A stretch of 64,000 nt of DNA. Origin: Vicugna vicugna (lineage: Eukaryota). Every line of letters starts with the position of its first letter. The first letter of the stretch is position 1. Below the pieces are notes generated by a model. The model did not search any database and was not told where the DNA came from. It saw only the letters and a program-made list of their open reading frames with translations. This document shows, in pieces, positions 1-13,760 of the stretch. Where the stretch lies: positions 3,782,001 to 3,846,000 of the forward strand of contig MU058213.1 of NCBI GenBank assembly GCA_013265495.1, read 5' to 3'. The translations under genes and the position numbers were made by a program.

Positions 1-145
1 GCTTTCAGTGCATTCTGAGTCCCTCTAGCAAGTTATCAAAACTGAGGGTAGTTTTGGGAATGCCCCGCATTCACAGCGGGTATTCTAAGCGACAACAGTC
101 TTGTGTGAACACTGTTCCTCCTAACTGTTCAGTTGGCTAAACTCT
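1..145 (+). mobile_element. 3' part of an old LTR (MER21-like)
   Basis: ctgagtccctctagcaagttatcaaaactgagggtagttttgggaa resembles the recalled MER21/MER68-type LTR 3' end. Confidence 0.45.
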
Positions 146-1184
146 TCTGCCTGGCTTGGGTCTCATCCCCAGCTCTGGAACCATCACTGGGGCCAGGTGA
201 GTCGAGGGCAGCCCGCCAGGACATTTGATTGGAGTTGGGAGGGTGGGGAGCTGGTAGCATGGGCTGACAAAAAGATGTTTCGTTTCAGCAGCGTTTTTCT
301 GGGACCTGGAATCTGCCCTGCTCTGACATGAGTTGCTTCTCGAGTCAGATTATGGCCGATGCTGCAACTTCCCTTTTTTCTCTTTCCTGCATCAGAGACA
401 GACACTCCCCTGTCACCCCTAACCTCGACTCTCCTCTTCCGTTTAGACGCCCAATATATGCTTGTTGTTTATTGACACATCTGATATTATTTTGCTTGGA
501 AATCAGTGGTATCTTAGTATTGAAGCCTTCTTTATCTGATGCACAAATTTCCGTATTACAACTCCTGTACTCAGTGTCTAACGTTAAAATGTTTCTTGAC
601 ATTGAAACTTCTTTGTGAATAGATGTAGTATGTTATCCATAGCATCTTTATCATTGTTAAAGGTCGGTGGTAATTTTCTTCTAAATTTTTATTACCCTAG
701 AGAACAATATCACCTCATTCCTTAGTTTTTCCTGTCATCGGATGTTAGCTCATGTCAGATGTGAGTTGATACTGGGAGCTGGAAGGAGACTCCATGAGCG
801 TGACCCAAAGACAGGGAAATTTGAATTGGAATTTGAATACTAGCAGATTTTAAACATGAGTTCTATTTCACTTAGGATTAGTTTAGGAACTGGGGTAATA
901 CACCTGTAGACCAATTGGGAGAGTTAAAAAGGCGGACACTAAGAAACCAAGGTGCAGATGGAGAATGGTAGACTTTATCTAAAGATTTCACTAACATCTG
1001 AATGAGAAAGGACCGGTTAGCGTTATAAAATCACAGTAGCGAAGGCTGCATTTCATTTTCATTTTGCTATTTGTATAATCATGTAGGCTTAACTATTCAT
1101 ATAAATGAATTTTTTTAAGCTAACTGGTAGTAACTGTATACACTTTATCTCCTAATTTAAGCTTATTTCTTCTCAATGCTTTCT

Positions 1185-1360
1185 GGAACTAGACCCAGTT
1201 CAGCACCTTATTAGCTGAATGGCTGGGGACCCTGTACTGTAACTCTCTGAGTCTTTGTTTCCCACCTGTAAAATAGCAATACGCCTCACTGCCTGGGCTG
1301 TTGTTGAGAGTATTATAGATAATTTGTGAAAGGAACTTGGCCCAGTAGAGGTGCTCCTAT
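1185..1360 (+). mobile_element. MIR SINE
   Basis: Core-like aactctctgagtctttgtttcccacctgtaaaatag...gttgttgagag. Confidence 0.7.
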
Positions 1361-4050
1361 TAGCTCTCGTAACATTTTGGGTTTAAAAAAATTCTCCCGA
1401 ACTATCCTCAAGGAGGCTCTGGTGCCCTAACTGGTGTATTAATTAAGCAGCATCCTTGAATGTATCCAAGTACAAACCGTCCCTTTTGGGTTTCCATCCT
1501 TTCTATATCCTGAATCACTTCTTGAGGACTGAGCTTTTATTGGCTTCTGCCTTCTTGGGCTCTGCTCTTTTGAAGGCGCCAGTACCTTCAACCTGACAGT
1601 CAGTCTCACCAGCTTCCACACCATCTTGCAGCCATTGCTTTTCACTGTGTTCCTAATGAGCAACTGTTAATCAGATTCAAATCGGAGTCCTTGGAGTATG
1701 TGATTAGTCTTACTGCTTTAAGCCTGTGTTTCGTGCATCCTGGCTTCTCAGATGCCCCAGGGCCCCAGCCTCTGCTCATCCCTCTGTGTTTTTCCAGGGC
1801 ATTTGACCAGATTTCTGCCTCAGTTAACTGTCCAGGATTCAAGTTCCCCTTTGGTACAGGGGCACTGAAACAAATCCATGTGGATGGGACCCAGCTACCT
1901 GCTCTTGGTGTGCTGAATCCTGTGCTTCATAAACCAAGGCTATGTTAGACTTCTGCTCCTGAAACCAAAAGCCACTACCTCTCCTGACTTAATTATTTTC
2001 TACTTCCTATACCCTTGCCCCCTGGAGTGGACCGCATTTCAATGTTCGTCTGAATCAGTGAGGAATTTGCCGTTTGAACGCTAGTTTGCTGCCCCATGAC
2101 CCAACCTATAAGTGGATCTGTTCCTCCTCCTGCCCATCCTGGATTCAGGCCCCAGTAAACCTCAGGGTCAAGTCCATACACACATCAGCTCTGCTAAATA
2201 CACTAAGGTATTATATCTTTCTAAAAATTCACATAAATTACATTCCATTTGGTACTTTGTAAAGCTACCTACTGTCTACTGTATTACATACATTCTTCTT
2301 TTAAAATCTTCTAATTATCTAATTTTGTGACAGTTATTTGAGTTTGTTACTGAGTTTCAAATTCCATTCTGTTTTAGAGCCCTAGGAAAATTGCACACGT
2401 TGCTTTAATTAGTATCAATTTGGTTGTCAGATTTTCAAGATGAAGCCATTGTGTTTCAGGATTATTTAAAGCTAGGGCATTAAAATAACTGGGGATTTTT
2501 CAAGAATCACTCATTATGACCCAATTTTAAAGTTATTTTAAATGTAACACTAAAAAGAATCATTAACAAATCTATATTCTCTTTAGGCTACAATATCTCA
2601 GAGTTATATAAAAAGCTAATTGCTAGCCAAAGGTACCACTTTTCATCGTGTAAAATGTAGTGTCAACTCAATCATCTGCATCAGGAGAAGCAGAGGTTGA
2701 GTAATCCAAAAGGAATTTCTGTTTTATCTTTGGGATGTTTTTGCCCTTAAATTTGAATATAGGTGAGTTTGACGTCCAGAGAATTCAGGTCAAAATAATG
2801 AAGCTATATTATAAATATCTCAAATCAGGAAGCTGATGAGTTTTGGGGGTTGTGTGTGCGTGTGTGTCCGTGTGTTGCTCTCTCAGGTTGAAAGAAGCAA
2901 GTTAAGCTGAGCTCTGTTCCTCACTGGAAGATGAGAATATTGAACACAGATGTTAAATCATGAATCTGGGAAGAATTCAGTAGCAGATTAGAAGCTGCTG
3001 AGGTAAGGATTTTTAGATCCCTACTGGGAAACAAACAAACAAAAAAACGAAAGATAGATTATGTCATAGGAAAAAAAAAAACATTTAGAGAAAATACTGC
3101 AGAAATTCTGTAAAGAGAACAGGGAATGACATCTGGCCAAGTATTATGGCTTAGACTATACCTACCGAATTCTGCATCTTGCATGCCATGGAGGTAGAGG
3201 TAAATTGAAGAAGGAAGTGAAATAATAAGCTAATGAAGTAAAAACTATTGTCTTTGGAGATTAGGGCATTTCATGTGTCCTGGTATGTAAGAAATGCACA
3301 TTATAACAAATATATGTATTTAAAAACAAACATTTTGTATTATTTGGATAATTTTTTACCTTACACATCTTTTACTACCTGACAACAAATTTGAAAATCG
3401 ATACCTTGAATTTGAAAATATATAGAATTTGACAATAACAGCAAATGTTCTAATGACAGGTGCCTAACACACTACCTAGCTGGCTTAGTTTGCCACAGAA
3501 TTTCTAAATTGAAAGACAGCGTGCTTTGTTTATCTTCTCCAACTAGACAGTTCCTGCTTTAAGGTCAATTACTGTGTCATAGTTCTTTATATCCATCACA
3601 GGCTCTAGGAAAACTGTTTGCATATGGTAGGTGCATGTTTTTTTTTTGAACAAATGAAGGCCTGAGCATGGATTGCATGAATACCTCTGACTAAGTCTGG
3701 ATGCCCAAAATAACACTAACACAGCAAATTTGATCATTTCGGCCATTTTAATGTCCCACCAAATTGCCTCTACCATGTGGATTGTGTGATCTGCAAGAGT
3801 TATTGTAATTTATTTCATTTATATCCCACTTCATTTACCAAAAAGCATTTAGATGGCACCAAAATTGCTCTACTGACTGTGCTGCCCCGTTTAATTTTAA
3901 AATCTGAATCATTTTTAACATGTATCTTGTGCTATGTATGTTGGGTTTTTCTTTCATAGTGGATCATGTTTTGGTAAAACTTTCTTTGCCTCTTCAGATG
4001 TCCTGATCACATTTAACTATGTCATGCCATCTTTGTTGTAAACATGTATA

Positions 4051-4082
<32 letters not shown>

Positions 4083-4083
4083 C
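4051..4083. repeat. (CA)n(TA)n microsatellite
   Basis: Seen directly. Confidence 0.9.
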
Positions 4084-4813
4084 TCACAGGGAATAGCCCT
4101 TCACATTTCTAACTACATCTATTTTAATAAAAGAAATTGATTTACTGGTGTGTACCTAGTTAGACTTTTTAAAAAATGACTCTCTTTTCTGTTTCTTAAC
4201 AATCATATAGATAACCCTTCAGGAAAACTAATTTTTAACAATAATAGCTAATATTCATTCAATATTTGCTATCTTCCCAGCATCATGCTTGGCTCTTTAA
4301 ATGCCTTATCTTATTTAATTTTTATTGTAACATTTTAATAGATGTACACAGAATTTTATATAAATTTGTGAGTATGATTATACCATACATGGTGGGATGA
4401 GCCTGAGGTTCTGGCTGCTTCTCCTTCACTGCAAGGCAAGAAAGAGAAACTTAGGGAAACCACAGAATGAGCTTAAGTTCTGTTCCCTGCAGTCTGGAGG
4501 ACATGGAAAACGGGTGTCAGAATTATACTTGAAAAATCTAAGAGATGAGGACTTAAGAGGAAGTGACTGGTGCTGTAGCTGGGAAGTCACTGCCCTTTTA
4601 GAGTCTTTCACAACAAAAGAGTTGTGATGTTTCCCACGGACCAGAGCTGGGTGGGTAACGTGGAGGAAGTCAGCCTGGGGTTGTCTTAGGTTCTTGCCCC
4701 AGAGGGAACCTCTGTAGAAGGAGACCAGAAGTGGACCCGCAGGTACCTCAGGGTGTGCAGGAAATCACAATTGACTAGGAGGGAATAGCGATGGATTTGA
4801 GATATGCAGCAGC

Positions 4814-4834
4814 GGTGGTGGTGGTGGTGGTGGT
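4814..4834. repeat. (GGT)n microsatellite
   Basis: Seen directly. Confidence 0.85.
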
Positions 4835-5219
4835 AGGGTTTGCAAAATTACCCAAATATCATCTAGGAGAGAAAAAGCCGAATTTAAACATCTGCCAAGT
4901 CTAAAAGGAGCTCATGGTAGCCAGCAACAGCATCAGTTAAGTAAGAAATTTCATGCCTTGCTTTCCTCTCCTCTCCCTCTGAACTTTTGAAGAGTAATAA
5001 AACTGTGGGACAAGCAGTAGAAATGCAATGAAAAGGAAGAGAAGTGAATCATATTCCTTTCCCTGAACTTCTGGCTTCTCTGACTGCAGGCTGCCCTGGG
5101 TGCTGCAAATCTGAGCCAGATCTAGGGAGGGGAAGCCTAAAATATAAATGAAGCTTATCATTTTGATCATTACATAGGAATAGAATTTTTTGGTTTGCTC
5201 CTATATGTTTATTTCATTA

Positions 5220-5475
5220 TTTCTTAAATTGAGATATAATTTACATAAAACAGTATATTAATTTCAGGTGTACAACAGTGATTTGATATATGCATATATA
5301 TTTTGCATATATTGCAAAAATGATCACCAAAGTAAATCTAGTTAACATCCATCACCACGCATAGTTACAAATTTTTTTCTTGTGGTGAGAACTTTAAAGG
5401 TCTACTGGCTTAGCAACTTTCAGACATACAATACAGTTTATTAACTATAGTCAGTGTGCTGTACATTGCACCCTC
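5220..5475 (-). mobile_element. LINE-1 3' UTR fragment (L1MA-like)
   Basis: ttgagatataatttacata...tttcaggtgtacaac...gagaactttaaaggtctact...tgtgctgtacatt is a typical antisense L1 3' end. Confidence 0.8.
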
Positions 5476-6439
5476 GGGAGTGCCACTTTGTTTTTATTCT
5501 AAGTTTCTAGATCTACTTCTGTCAACAGATTTCTTGTCATCAATCCGGAAAATTATCTCTAAGCAGTACCAAGCGGCTTCAGTCGCTTCCATACTTTTCC
5601 TTCAAATTAAACATCTGCCTTAAAAGAAAAGTCACTTTTTGACCTTTCCTTCTTTATTTATCCTTAATAGAAATATACTTCGATTCGTTAGAAATCTAAA
5701 TTGTATAGAGCTTTTAACTTTAGTATCCAGGTTTCTTGGATATGGTTTCATGCAGAAAATGTAGATTTGTTTAAAGATCATAAGCCATTTTATTTTTTCA
5801 TATACTTCTCTATTCTTCCAAATTATCTACATTGGGCCCACATTATATAATCGGAAAAATAAGTTAACTATCATTTTTTTTTTAACCCTAGCTCTTCCTC
5901 AAGCTACTTCCTCTATCCTTTCCTCTAGGGCTGACCTTGAAAAAGGAACCTGCATCCATCACTGCTTTGACTTTTTCCCTGCCCACGCACTCTAATCCTC
6001 CCAGCTCTGGTTCACATCACTAATCAAATTGCTTCTCAGAGGCCACTGTTGTCCGGTCATAAGATGCAAAGGCTCTCTCCTGGGCTTTATTTTTCTGGAT
6101 CACATTTGAGACAGTGCTTAATCCACTGCCCAGTAACTGCCCGGTAACCAGTCCTTAATATATTTTAATTATTTTCCGACAAGAATTTGTTTAATGCTAT
6201 TGATTAAATGCACAAATATGTAGTACTCTTTATCTGCATAAAAAATTGAGTCAAATGAAAATTTATGCAGTCCAGTTATATCTGGTTTACCTGTTCCTAA
6301 CACTGCACAATAAATTTCAACAATCTTTTTCACTCATATCCTGGGCCTGGGGCCCTATATTTTAGAAATTCAGAGAAAATCAGCTCTGAATAGTTGGACT
6401 TCATTGCCATGCTTACTGATATAATTATGTATCTAAATA

Positions 6440-6695
6440 TAAAGTAAGTAAGTTCTGGGGATGTAATGTACACCATGGTGACTATAGTTAATAAAATTAT
6501 ATTGTATGTTTGACAGTTGCTAGGAGAGTAGATCTTAAGAGTTCTCATCACAAGAAAAAAATTGTAACTATGTGAGATGGTAACTAAACTTACTGGGGTG
6601 TTCATTTTGCAGTATATACATATATCAAATCAGTATGTTGTACACCTGAAGCAAATACAATGTTGTATGTCCAGTGTATCTCAATAAAACAGGAA
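6440..6695 (+). mobile_element. LINE-1 3' UTR fragment
   Basis: taagttctggggatgtaatgtacaccatggtgactatag...ttgtacacctgaagc...tctcaataaaac. Confidence 0.8.
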
Positions 6696-7194
6696 AAATG
6701 ATAGAGTTTCCCAGCAGGAAAATGGCTAGGTCAACTGGGACTATAAGCCATGATGCATACCTGCCCTCTGTCTGTATGAAATCAAATGAACAGCAATGAA
6801 ACTTAGAAAGGGGATATAAGAAGTTGTTAACTGAATTAAGGTGCCTCCAGATTACAAGCCACTGGTCTCTTGTCTCAACTTTTATTTTCCACCCTCCTCC
6901 CAAGTTTCTTGTCTGGAATGGCCTCTAAGGAGAGACTCTATCTGTGGCCTCCCTTTGAATTCCGCATTCTTTACCACCATTCCTCTCCCCAGCCCAACAA
7001 CCTGGACAGCTGTTTCCAGTTTCCCTCACTGGCAACCCTCAAGCTGTCCCACCTGACCACTGCCAAGGCTGACAGAGATAAATGTTGTTAAACCCAGAGC
7101 AGGAGATAACCTCAGCTCTGTTATCTAAATTTAGACTGATGGGAATGGAGCCAAGTAAAATTTATTAAATGCCTGCTCGATGCCAAACATTTTA

Positions 7195-10060
7195 AAAAAA
7201 CAACAGTTTTATTGAGATATAAATCACATACCAAAAAATTCTCCCTTCCAAAGTGTATGATTTGGTGGGTTTTAGTATATTTGTTGAGTTGTGCAATCAT
7301 CACCATTATCTAACTTTAGAACATTTTCATCTCCCCCCAAAAAACCCTCGTTCTCCTCCAAAACAAAGCATACACTCCCCAGTCTCCTCTCCCCCAACTG
7401 CTGGAAACTACTTGTCTGCTTTCTGTTGCTGAGGATTTGCCTATTCTGGATACTTCATATAAATAGAATAATGTATAGCCTGGTATATTTTGTGTGGATT
7501 CCTTAGGATTTTCTACAAACAAGATCATGCCATCTGAAAATCAAGATCGTTTTTGTTTCTTCTTTCCCAGTCTGAATGCCTTTTATTTATTTTTCTTGAC
7601 TCCTTGGTTGCCCTGGCTAGAATCTCCAATACAATGTTGAAGTAAAGTGGCCAGAGCAGACATCATGTTCTTGTTTCTGATTTTAGGAGAAAAGCATTTA
7701 GTAATTCACCATTAAGTATGATGATAGCTGTGGGGTTTTAATGGATGACCTTTATCGAGTTAGGAATTCCCTTCTATTCCAATTTGTTGGATGTTTTTAT
7801 TCAGAAAGATTGTTAGAATTTATCATTTTTTTCCTGTCTATTGAGATGACCATGTGGTTTTTATTCTTATTCTATCGGTATTAATTAATTTTTCAGTGTT
7901 AATCTGACTTTGTGTTCCTAGGATAAATCTCACCTGGTGTATAATCCTTTTACTATATTGCAGGATTTGGTTTGCTAGTATTTGCAAGTATTGAGAATTT
8001 TAAGCTCCATCTACATAAGGAATATTGATCTGTAGGTTGATTCTCTTGTGGTGTCTTTGTCTGATTTTGATAAAAGGATAATACTGGCCTCATATAATAA
8101 GTTGGGAAATGCTTCCTTTTCTTCTATTTAAAAAATTTTTTTATTTTTTATTGAAGTGTAGTCAATTTACAGTGTTTCAGGTATACAGCAAAGCAATTCA
8201 GTTACACATATACATACACACACACATATATATTTCAGATTCTTTTCCATTACAGCTCATACGTGAAATTGAATACAGTTCCTGTGCTACACAGTAGGTC
8301 CTTGTTGTTTATCTATTTTATATATAGTAATACATATAGAAAAGACGTTTACAAGATGGGTGTTAATTCTTCTTTAAAAGCTGAGTAGAATTCATTGGTA
8401 AAGTATCTGGGCCTGGGTGGATTATTTTAAATTACTAATTTAATGTCTTTATATATTATGATTCTCTTCAGAATTTCTATTTCTGCTTCAGTCAATTTTT
8501 GTAGTATGTCTTCCTAGAAATATGTTCACTTAATCTAGGCTATTGAATTTGTTGGCAAACAATTTTTCATTCCCTCATAGTCCTTTTAATTTTTTAACAT
8601 GGTAAATGTCTCCTATTTATTTCTAATATTAATAATTTGAGTCTTCTCTCTTTTTCTTTATCAGTCTAGCTAAAGGATTGTCAATTTTGTCGATCTTTTC
8701 AAAGAACTAAATTCTAGTTTTGGTGATTTTTCTTTATTGTTTATCTGCTTTACATTTCATTTATTTATACTCCAGTGTTTATTATTTTCTTCTTTCTGCT
8801 TGCTTTGGATTTAGTTCACTCTTCTTCTTACAGTTTATTAAGGCAAAAGTTCAGGGAACTGATTTGAGATCTTTCTTCTTTTTTAATACAGGTGCTTACA
8901 GCTATGAATTTCCATCGAAGCATATACTTAGCTATGTTCCGTAAGTATTAGTATGTTGTGTTTTCATTTTCATTCATTTCAAAGTATTTGCTAATTTCCC
9001 TTGTGATTTATTCTTTGCCAATTATTTATGAGTGTATTGTTCAGTTTCCTACATCTGAGAATTTTCCAAATTTCATTCTGTTATTGACTTCTAATTTTAT
9101 TCCATTGTTGTTGGAGAACATACTTATAATCCTTTTATATTTATTGAGGCTTCTTTTATGGCCTAACATAAGATCTTGTTGCTGAAACACAGCCTCCATA
9201 CCCTGCTTACCAGATTGAGACTCGAGGACAGAGCTTTGTATGAAGTAGAAAAGGCAGCTTTATTTCTTTGCCAGGCAAAGGAGGTCACAGTGTGCTAATG
9301 CTTCTAAGACTGTGAGCCTGCTGAGGAGAAAAAGCAGGGGGTTTTATAGTAAAATTTCAAGAGTTCAACGGGCAGACGTAGTTTCCATAGAGATAAAATA
9401 CAGGGTAAGAAACTGTTGCAAAGTTGTTCTTGTTTTTGCAAATGGTCCCTTTCCCTTTGCTGGGTATGAAGTCCACCTCTGGCTTTGGGACTCTTCTAAT
9501 AATCTTGAACCTAGAACAAAGGATGCCTAGGAAAGTTCCATGGAAAAGTGCTCCAGGAAAAAACGTGTGCAGTTGAAAGTTAGGTTGATAAATGCTTTCA
9601 GCCTTTTAATCAGGGTAAGGCCTGGGACCTGCTGCAGGCTGAAGCCTGCAGCTCAAACAACAGGATACAAGGAAACCACCAGAGGTCAAAAACAACTGCA
9701 GACATGCCCAGTTGGGGCAAGTTATGAACAACAAGATGCACAAAACACCCAACTTCCATTTCTGAAGTGTCAGGGTCAAGAGAAGGGCACTGGGGTCAAA
9801 AGCAGGGCACTGAACATGATCCCTCTTGCAGCACCAGGAGGGGGTTGGGCAGACCACCCAAGCCTCCCTTCACTCCAGCCTAACTCTGGTCAGCAAGAGC
9901 ATGAGAAAAGTCCTTTAAACCATCATACAGTTAAACAGGTACAAACATCATTACAGATATCAGATGGTCACCGATGACGACAGTAGGGTCCTGCTCAGTT
10001 ACACTCATTTCTTGAGAATGTTCCATGTGTACTTGAGAAGCATGTGTATTCTGCTGGCTT
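7195..10060 (-). mobile_element. Old LINE-1 (L1MB-like) 3' UTR plus ORF2 fragments, interrupted by a younger L1 3' piece (~8130-8335) and an LTR (9177-10003)
   Basis: Antisense ORF2 remnants (ORF 7316-7528 MILFVENPKES). The host L1 resumes after the LTR (cttgagaatgttccatgtgtacttgagaag). Confidence 0.8.
9177..10003 (-). mobile_element. ERV1-type solo LTR (cetartiodactyl family), apparently with a nested second LTR fragment
   Basis: TG...CA termini with imperfect inverted ends (TGTTGCTGA / TCAGTTACA). AATAAA on the minus strand at ~9260. It interrupts the L1. No clean TSD. Confidence 0.7.
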
Positions 10061-10615
10061 TTTTCCACATAGTTACTATGTGTGTGTTTGTGTGTGTGTG
10101 ATGAGAACACTTAAGATCTGCTCTCTTGGCAGATTTCAGTTATACAATATAGTATCATTAACTGTAGTCACCATGGTGTACACTGGATCCCTAGGACTTA
10201 CTCATCTTATCGCTGAAAGTTTATACCCTGTGACCAGCATCTTTCCATTTACCTCACCCTCCATCTTTTAGCAACCAATGTTTTACTGTCTGGTTGTATG
10301 AGTTCAATTTTTTTTTAGAGTTCACATGTAATTGAGATCATATAGTATCTGTCTTTTTCTGCCTGGCTTATTCCTTTTAGCACAATGTCTGCTAGGTTCA
10401 TCCGTGTTGTTGCAAATGGCAGGACTTCCTTCTTTTTATGGTTGAATAATATTCCATTGTATATGTGTATGTGTATTGGGGCATATATATGCATGTGGGG
10501 ATGTATATATCTGTGTATTTATATTTCACATTTTTTTATACATTCATCTGTCAACAGATACTTAGGTTGTGTCCATGTCTTGGATAATTTGAATAATGCT
10601 GCAGTGAACATGGAA
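10060..10615 (-). mobile_element. LINE-1 3' UTR fragment
   Basis: gagaacacttaagatctgctctc...aataatgctgcagtgaacatgg. Confidence 0.8.
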
Positions 10616-10908
10616 GTCCAAGGGCAAGACTCTTGCTGATTCATTTTCAGGTAAGAGCTCTCTTCCTGACTTGTCGTCTCACTTTGCCTCCCTTCTCACT
10701 ATATCTTCATATGGCCTTTCTTCTGTGTGTAGAAAGGGCATGAGCTCTCCAGTGTCTCTTCTTAAAAGGACACTAATCCTGTCAGATCCTTATGACCTCA
10801 TTTAACCTTAATTACCTACTTATAGGCCCGATCTCCAAATACAGTTACACTGGGGGTAGGGCTTCAATACATGAATTTGGGGAGCACACAAACATTCAGT
10901 CCATAACA
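10615..10908 (-). mobile_element. ERVL-MaLR LTR fragment (MLT1A-like)
   Basis: tctcttcttaaaaggacactaatcc...atgacctcatttaaccttaattacc...aacattcagtccataaca. Confidence 0.8.
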
Positions 10909-12934
10909 ACCCGTAACACTTAACATGATGGGTATACATAGTCCTTGAATAAACTAAAGAAGGACCAAATTAAGAATATATGCCACTCAAAATACCTAGG
11001 AACTACCAGATGTCTGGAAACTACCATGGCAATTTGTTGGCATGTGGGTATATGTTGATTATTTTATTCACACTGAAAGAGTGAAAGGAAGAGAGAATTC
11101 ATTCACAGTGAGAGCCAAGAATTCTCATGCTCAGAGAAGGTACCTTTGGCTACCACTGTTTTGTGAAGTGAGTTCTCATGTGGCATCATAAGCCGTGTTC
11201 ACCCTGACTTCAACCTTTCTAAATGTGGCTGGAAGACTCATAGAATGAAATTTCTGTGAATCTGTTTTCTTGGTGAAAGAACAATGTTTCAGGGTCAGAG
11301 TGAAGAAAAAATTCAGAGAAGAGCAAGATGCCTGACATTCAGTTTGCCACTGTGTTGGATTTCTTCCATTTGTCCCTCCTCTCCACCCTTTACCTTGTTT
11401 TTTTTCTCCAGAAGGCTGGCCTATAAGGACCACATCCATGGGCTTCTTTGTCCTTTAGTTTTTACTTGAAGACAATTACCTAAATCCAGGTTCTGATAGA
11501 GATAGGGTCAATCGCTAGAAACTGGTCACATGTCCAAATAGAGCTAGATGATAAAAACCAGCAAGACCTGAAACTGAATGAGCTGGAGCCCAAAGGAAGC
11601 TGATGTGGGCAGAGGCCTTCAGAGTAGATGGAGTGATTCCCAAGCCAACGTGCATAAGGCTGTGGCAGTTTTAACATAGTTTAAACCTTGATGGGTGCGG
11701 GCCTCTAAGAGCTTTTGTAGAAGCAAGAGAAAAGCAGAGTCAGTGCACTGGGTTCTTCACAGTAAGAATTCAGATAGCAAGCAACTTATCCAAGTATTTA
11801 AGTCATCACTGTCTTGCATAAGAACAGACAACTGCTGCAGTCCAGCCTAAGTCATTATAAAAAATAATTCAACTCTTACACTAACTCATGAAGATGAAAG
11901 TCATAGCTATGAAGGAAGAACAATGATTTTATTTGGATCTGGATGTTAGATGACATGACACAAACTACAAGTCACTTTTCTGGAGTGAAACAGAGATTTT
12001 ATAATTCTGGAGTGAAATATATTAGATTTTGAATTTCCAGCAACATTACCTAAAATATTGCTAGAGCCATAAAGTAAAGGGAGTAGTCATTCTTCAGGGC
12101 CATCACAATTGTCAAAATGAAAACAGAGCCCATGTGATTAAGTAGGGCTGCTTATAAATGGCTATGCTGGGCTAGAGCTGGGGATGATGTAAAAGCCTTA
12201 TAATTTTGTCCAATAGGGGGACCCATTTTCAGTTCAGGCCATAATCCGGAAGAAATTCTTTCACCTCAGGGAAATGATGTATATAATATATTGTGTATAT
12301 CCAGATATTATATGGTAACCCCACTTGGCCCTCCAGCCTCAGACACCTCTCTGTCTGCCGCATGTCCTGTTCTACTCTTGATAGGGACATATGTCCTACA
12401 TCCGAATACCAAGACCTCCGCATGTTCCGTAAAGAAGGAGGCCAGAAAGACAGGAGTCCTACAGGAACTTCTGTGACCAGAAGATGGAAGAGGGCAAGAA
12501 GGCCAGGATTCCTCCCATGGGGAAGTGGAACATGACTTAGTTTTTGACTTGTTTTTATGTGATGGGAAAGATAATACAGAAGAGCCGGCCAGGACAAGAC
12601 TTGTGGGTGTAAGAAGGAAGAGAGGATTCATGCTGCACGTGTCTATTATGTGTGACCTTTGGTGCATGATGGCTCCATCCGTTATGACAGGTGGTCCAAA
12701 CAGAATCCTGGAATCTGGCTCATCAGTCTTTTCCAGAGGAAAGAAGAAGCATGGAGAGAAGGAAGGCTTCCCTAAGGGGCCCTTTGGCAAGCTACCTGAA
12801 GAGCTCAATTGATGTTTCACTTTTTGTCCTAGGTATTAGCTGGAATGAACAGAAGGTGCCTCTCCTCCTCAGGAGTTTGTTGCATAAACATAAGAATGAT
12901 AAACACAGATGCCTTCCTAGAAATACAACGCCAT

Positions 12935-13075
12935 AAAATCACACAGCTGGAAGGAACCTTCGATAACATCTAATGAAATCCAATTTCCTCACTCATGTCT
13001 GGAGATAGGGAACCTCAGGCCCAGAGAAGTTAAACGAGTCCCACAAGGTCATCCAGATACTTAATGGTGGGAACA
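12935..13075 (-). mobile_element. MIR/MIR3 SINE
   Basis: gctggaaggaaccttcga...gaacctcaggcccagagaagttaaacgagtcccacaaggtca. Confidence 0.65.
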
Positions 13076-13614
13076 ATTATGGGGTTTACTATAGCAGAGA
13101 TAGAGTTGACTACAACTCAGTGTTTTATTACGAGTAAGAACCATATAAGCCAATAATACCCTAGCTCACTGGCACATAAATGCAATAGCCAGAAGGAATA
13201 AATTAAACCAAAAGTCGAAAGGAAACAAGGTATCCACAAATTGCGTTGCAGAACCAGTCTAGTTCCTTATACATGACGTATCTCTCTTATCTCTGCCTCA
13301 AGTGGTAGTTGACTTAACCTGGTGGTAAAACTGCAAAACTGTATGCTATCCCAAGAGGTAGAGAATTACCAAGGGCGTTAAGAGACTATTTTGTTAACAA
13401 TGCTGTTTTATCTGATTTTCTGCACTCTGGTTATTGGAATTGTTTTTGTAAAACTTAGGGTAGGATCCACCTAGCCCAGTTAAGGCTTATTTAACTCAGG
13501 ATTTTGTAAGACTAGTAGTAGATGTGTTGAGAATGACTAAACTCACACCCTGGAATAAGAACTAGCTACCTTGTAATATATCTTTTAATATATTCCAGAA
13601 CTGAAAATATTGTA

Positions 13615-13760
13615 AAGCAATGGTTCTTAACTTTGGGGGGAACTTTTTGAGAATCTGACGGATATACCTTCCAGGAACATTTATAGACACAAGAAGTTTT
13701 AGTTTTAATTCTCAGAAGTGACATAGACCCCAAAGTCCAGCCAGGGAGCCCAAGATAAGG
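13615..13760. mobile_element. hAT-Charlie-type MITE relic
   Basis: caatggttcttaactttgggggg...tttgagaatctga... resembles MER5-group termini. Confidence 0.45.

Noticed and set aside
4390..4935. Possible ancient LTR
   Set aside because: The composition is suggestive but I could not identify termini, a TSD or a family with confidence.
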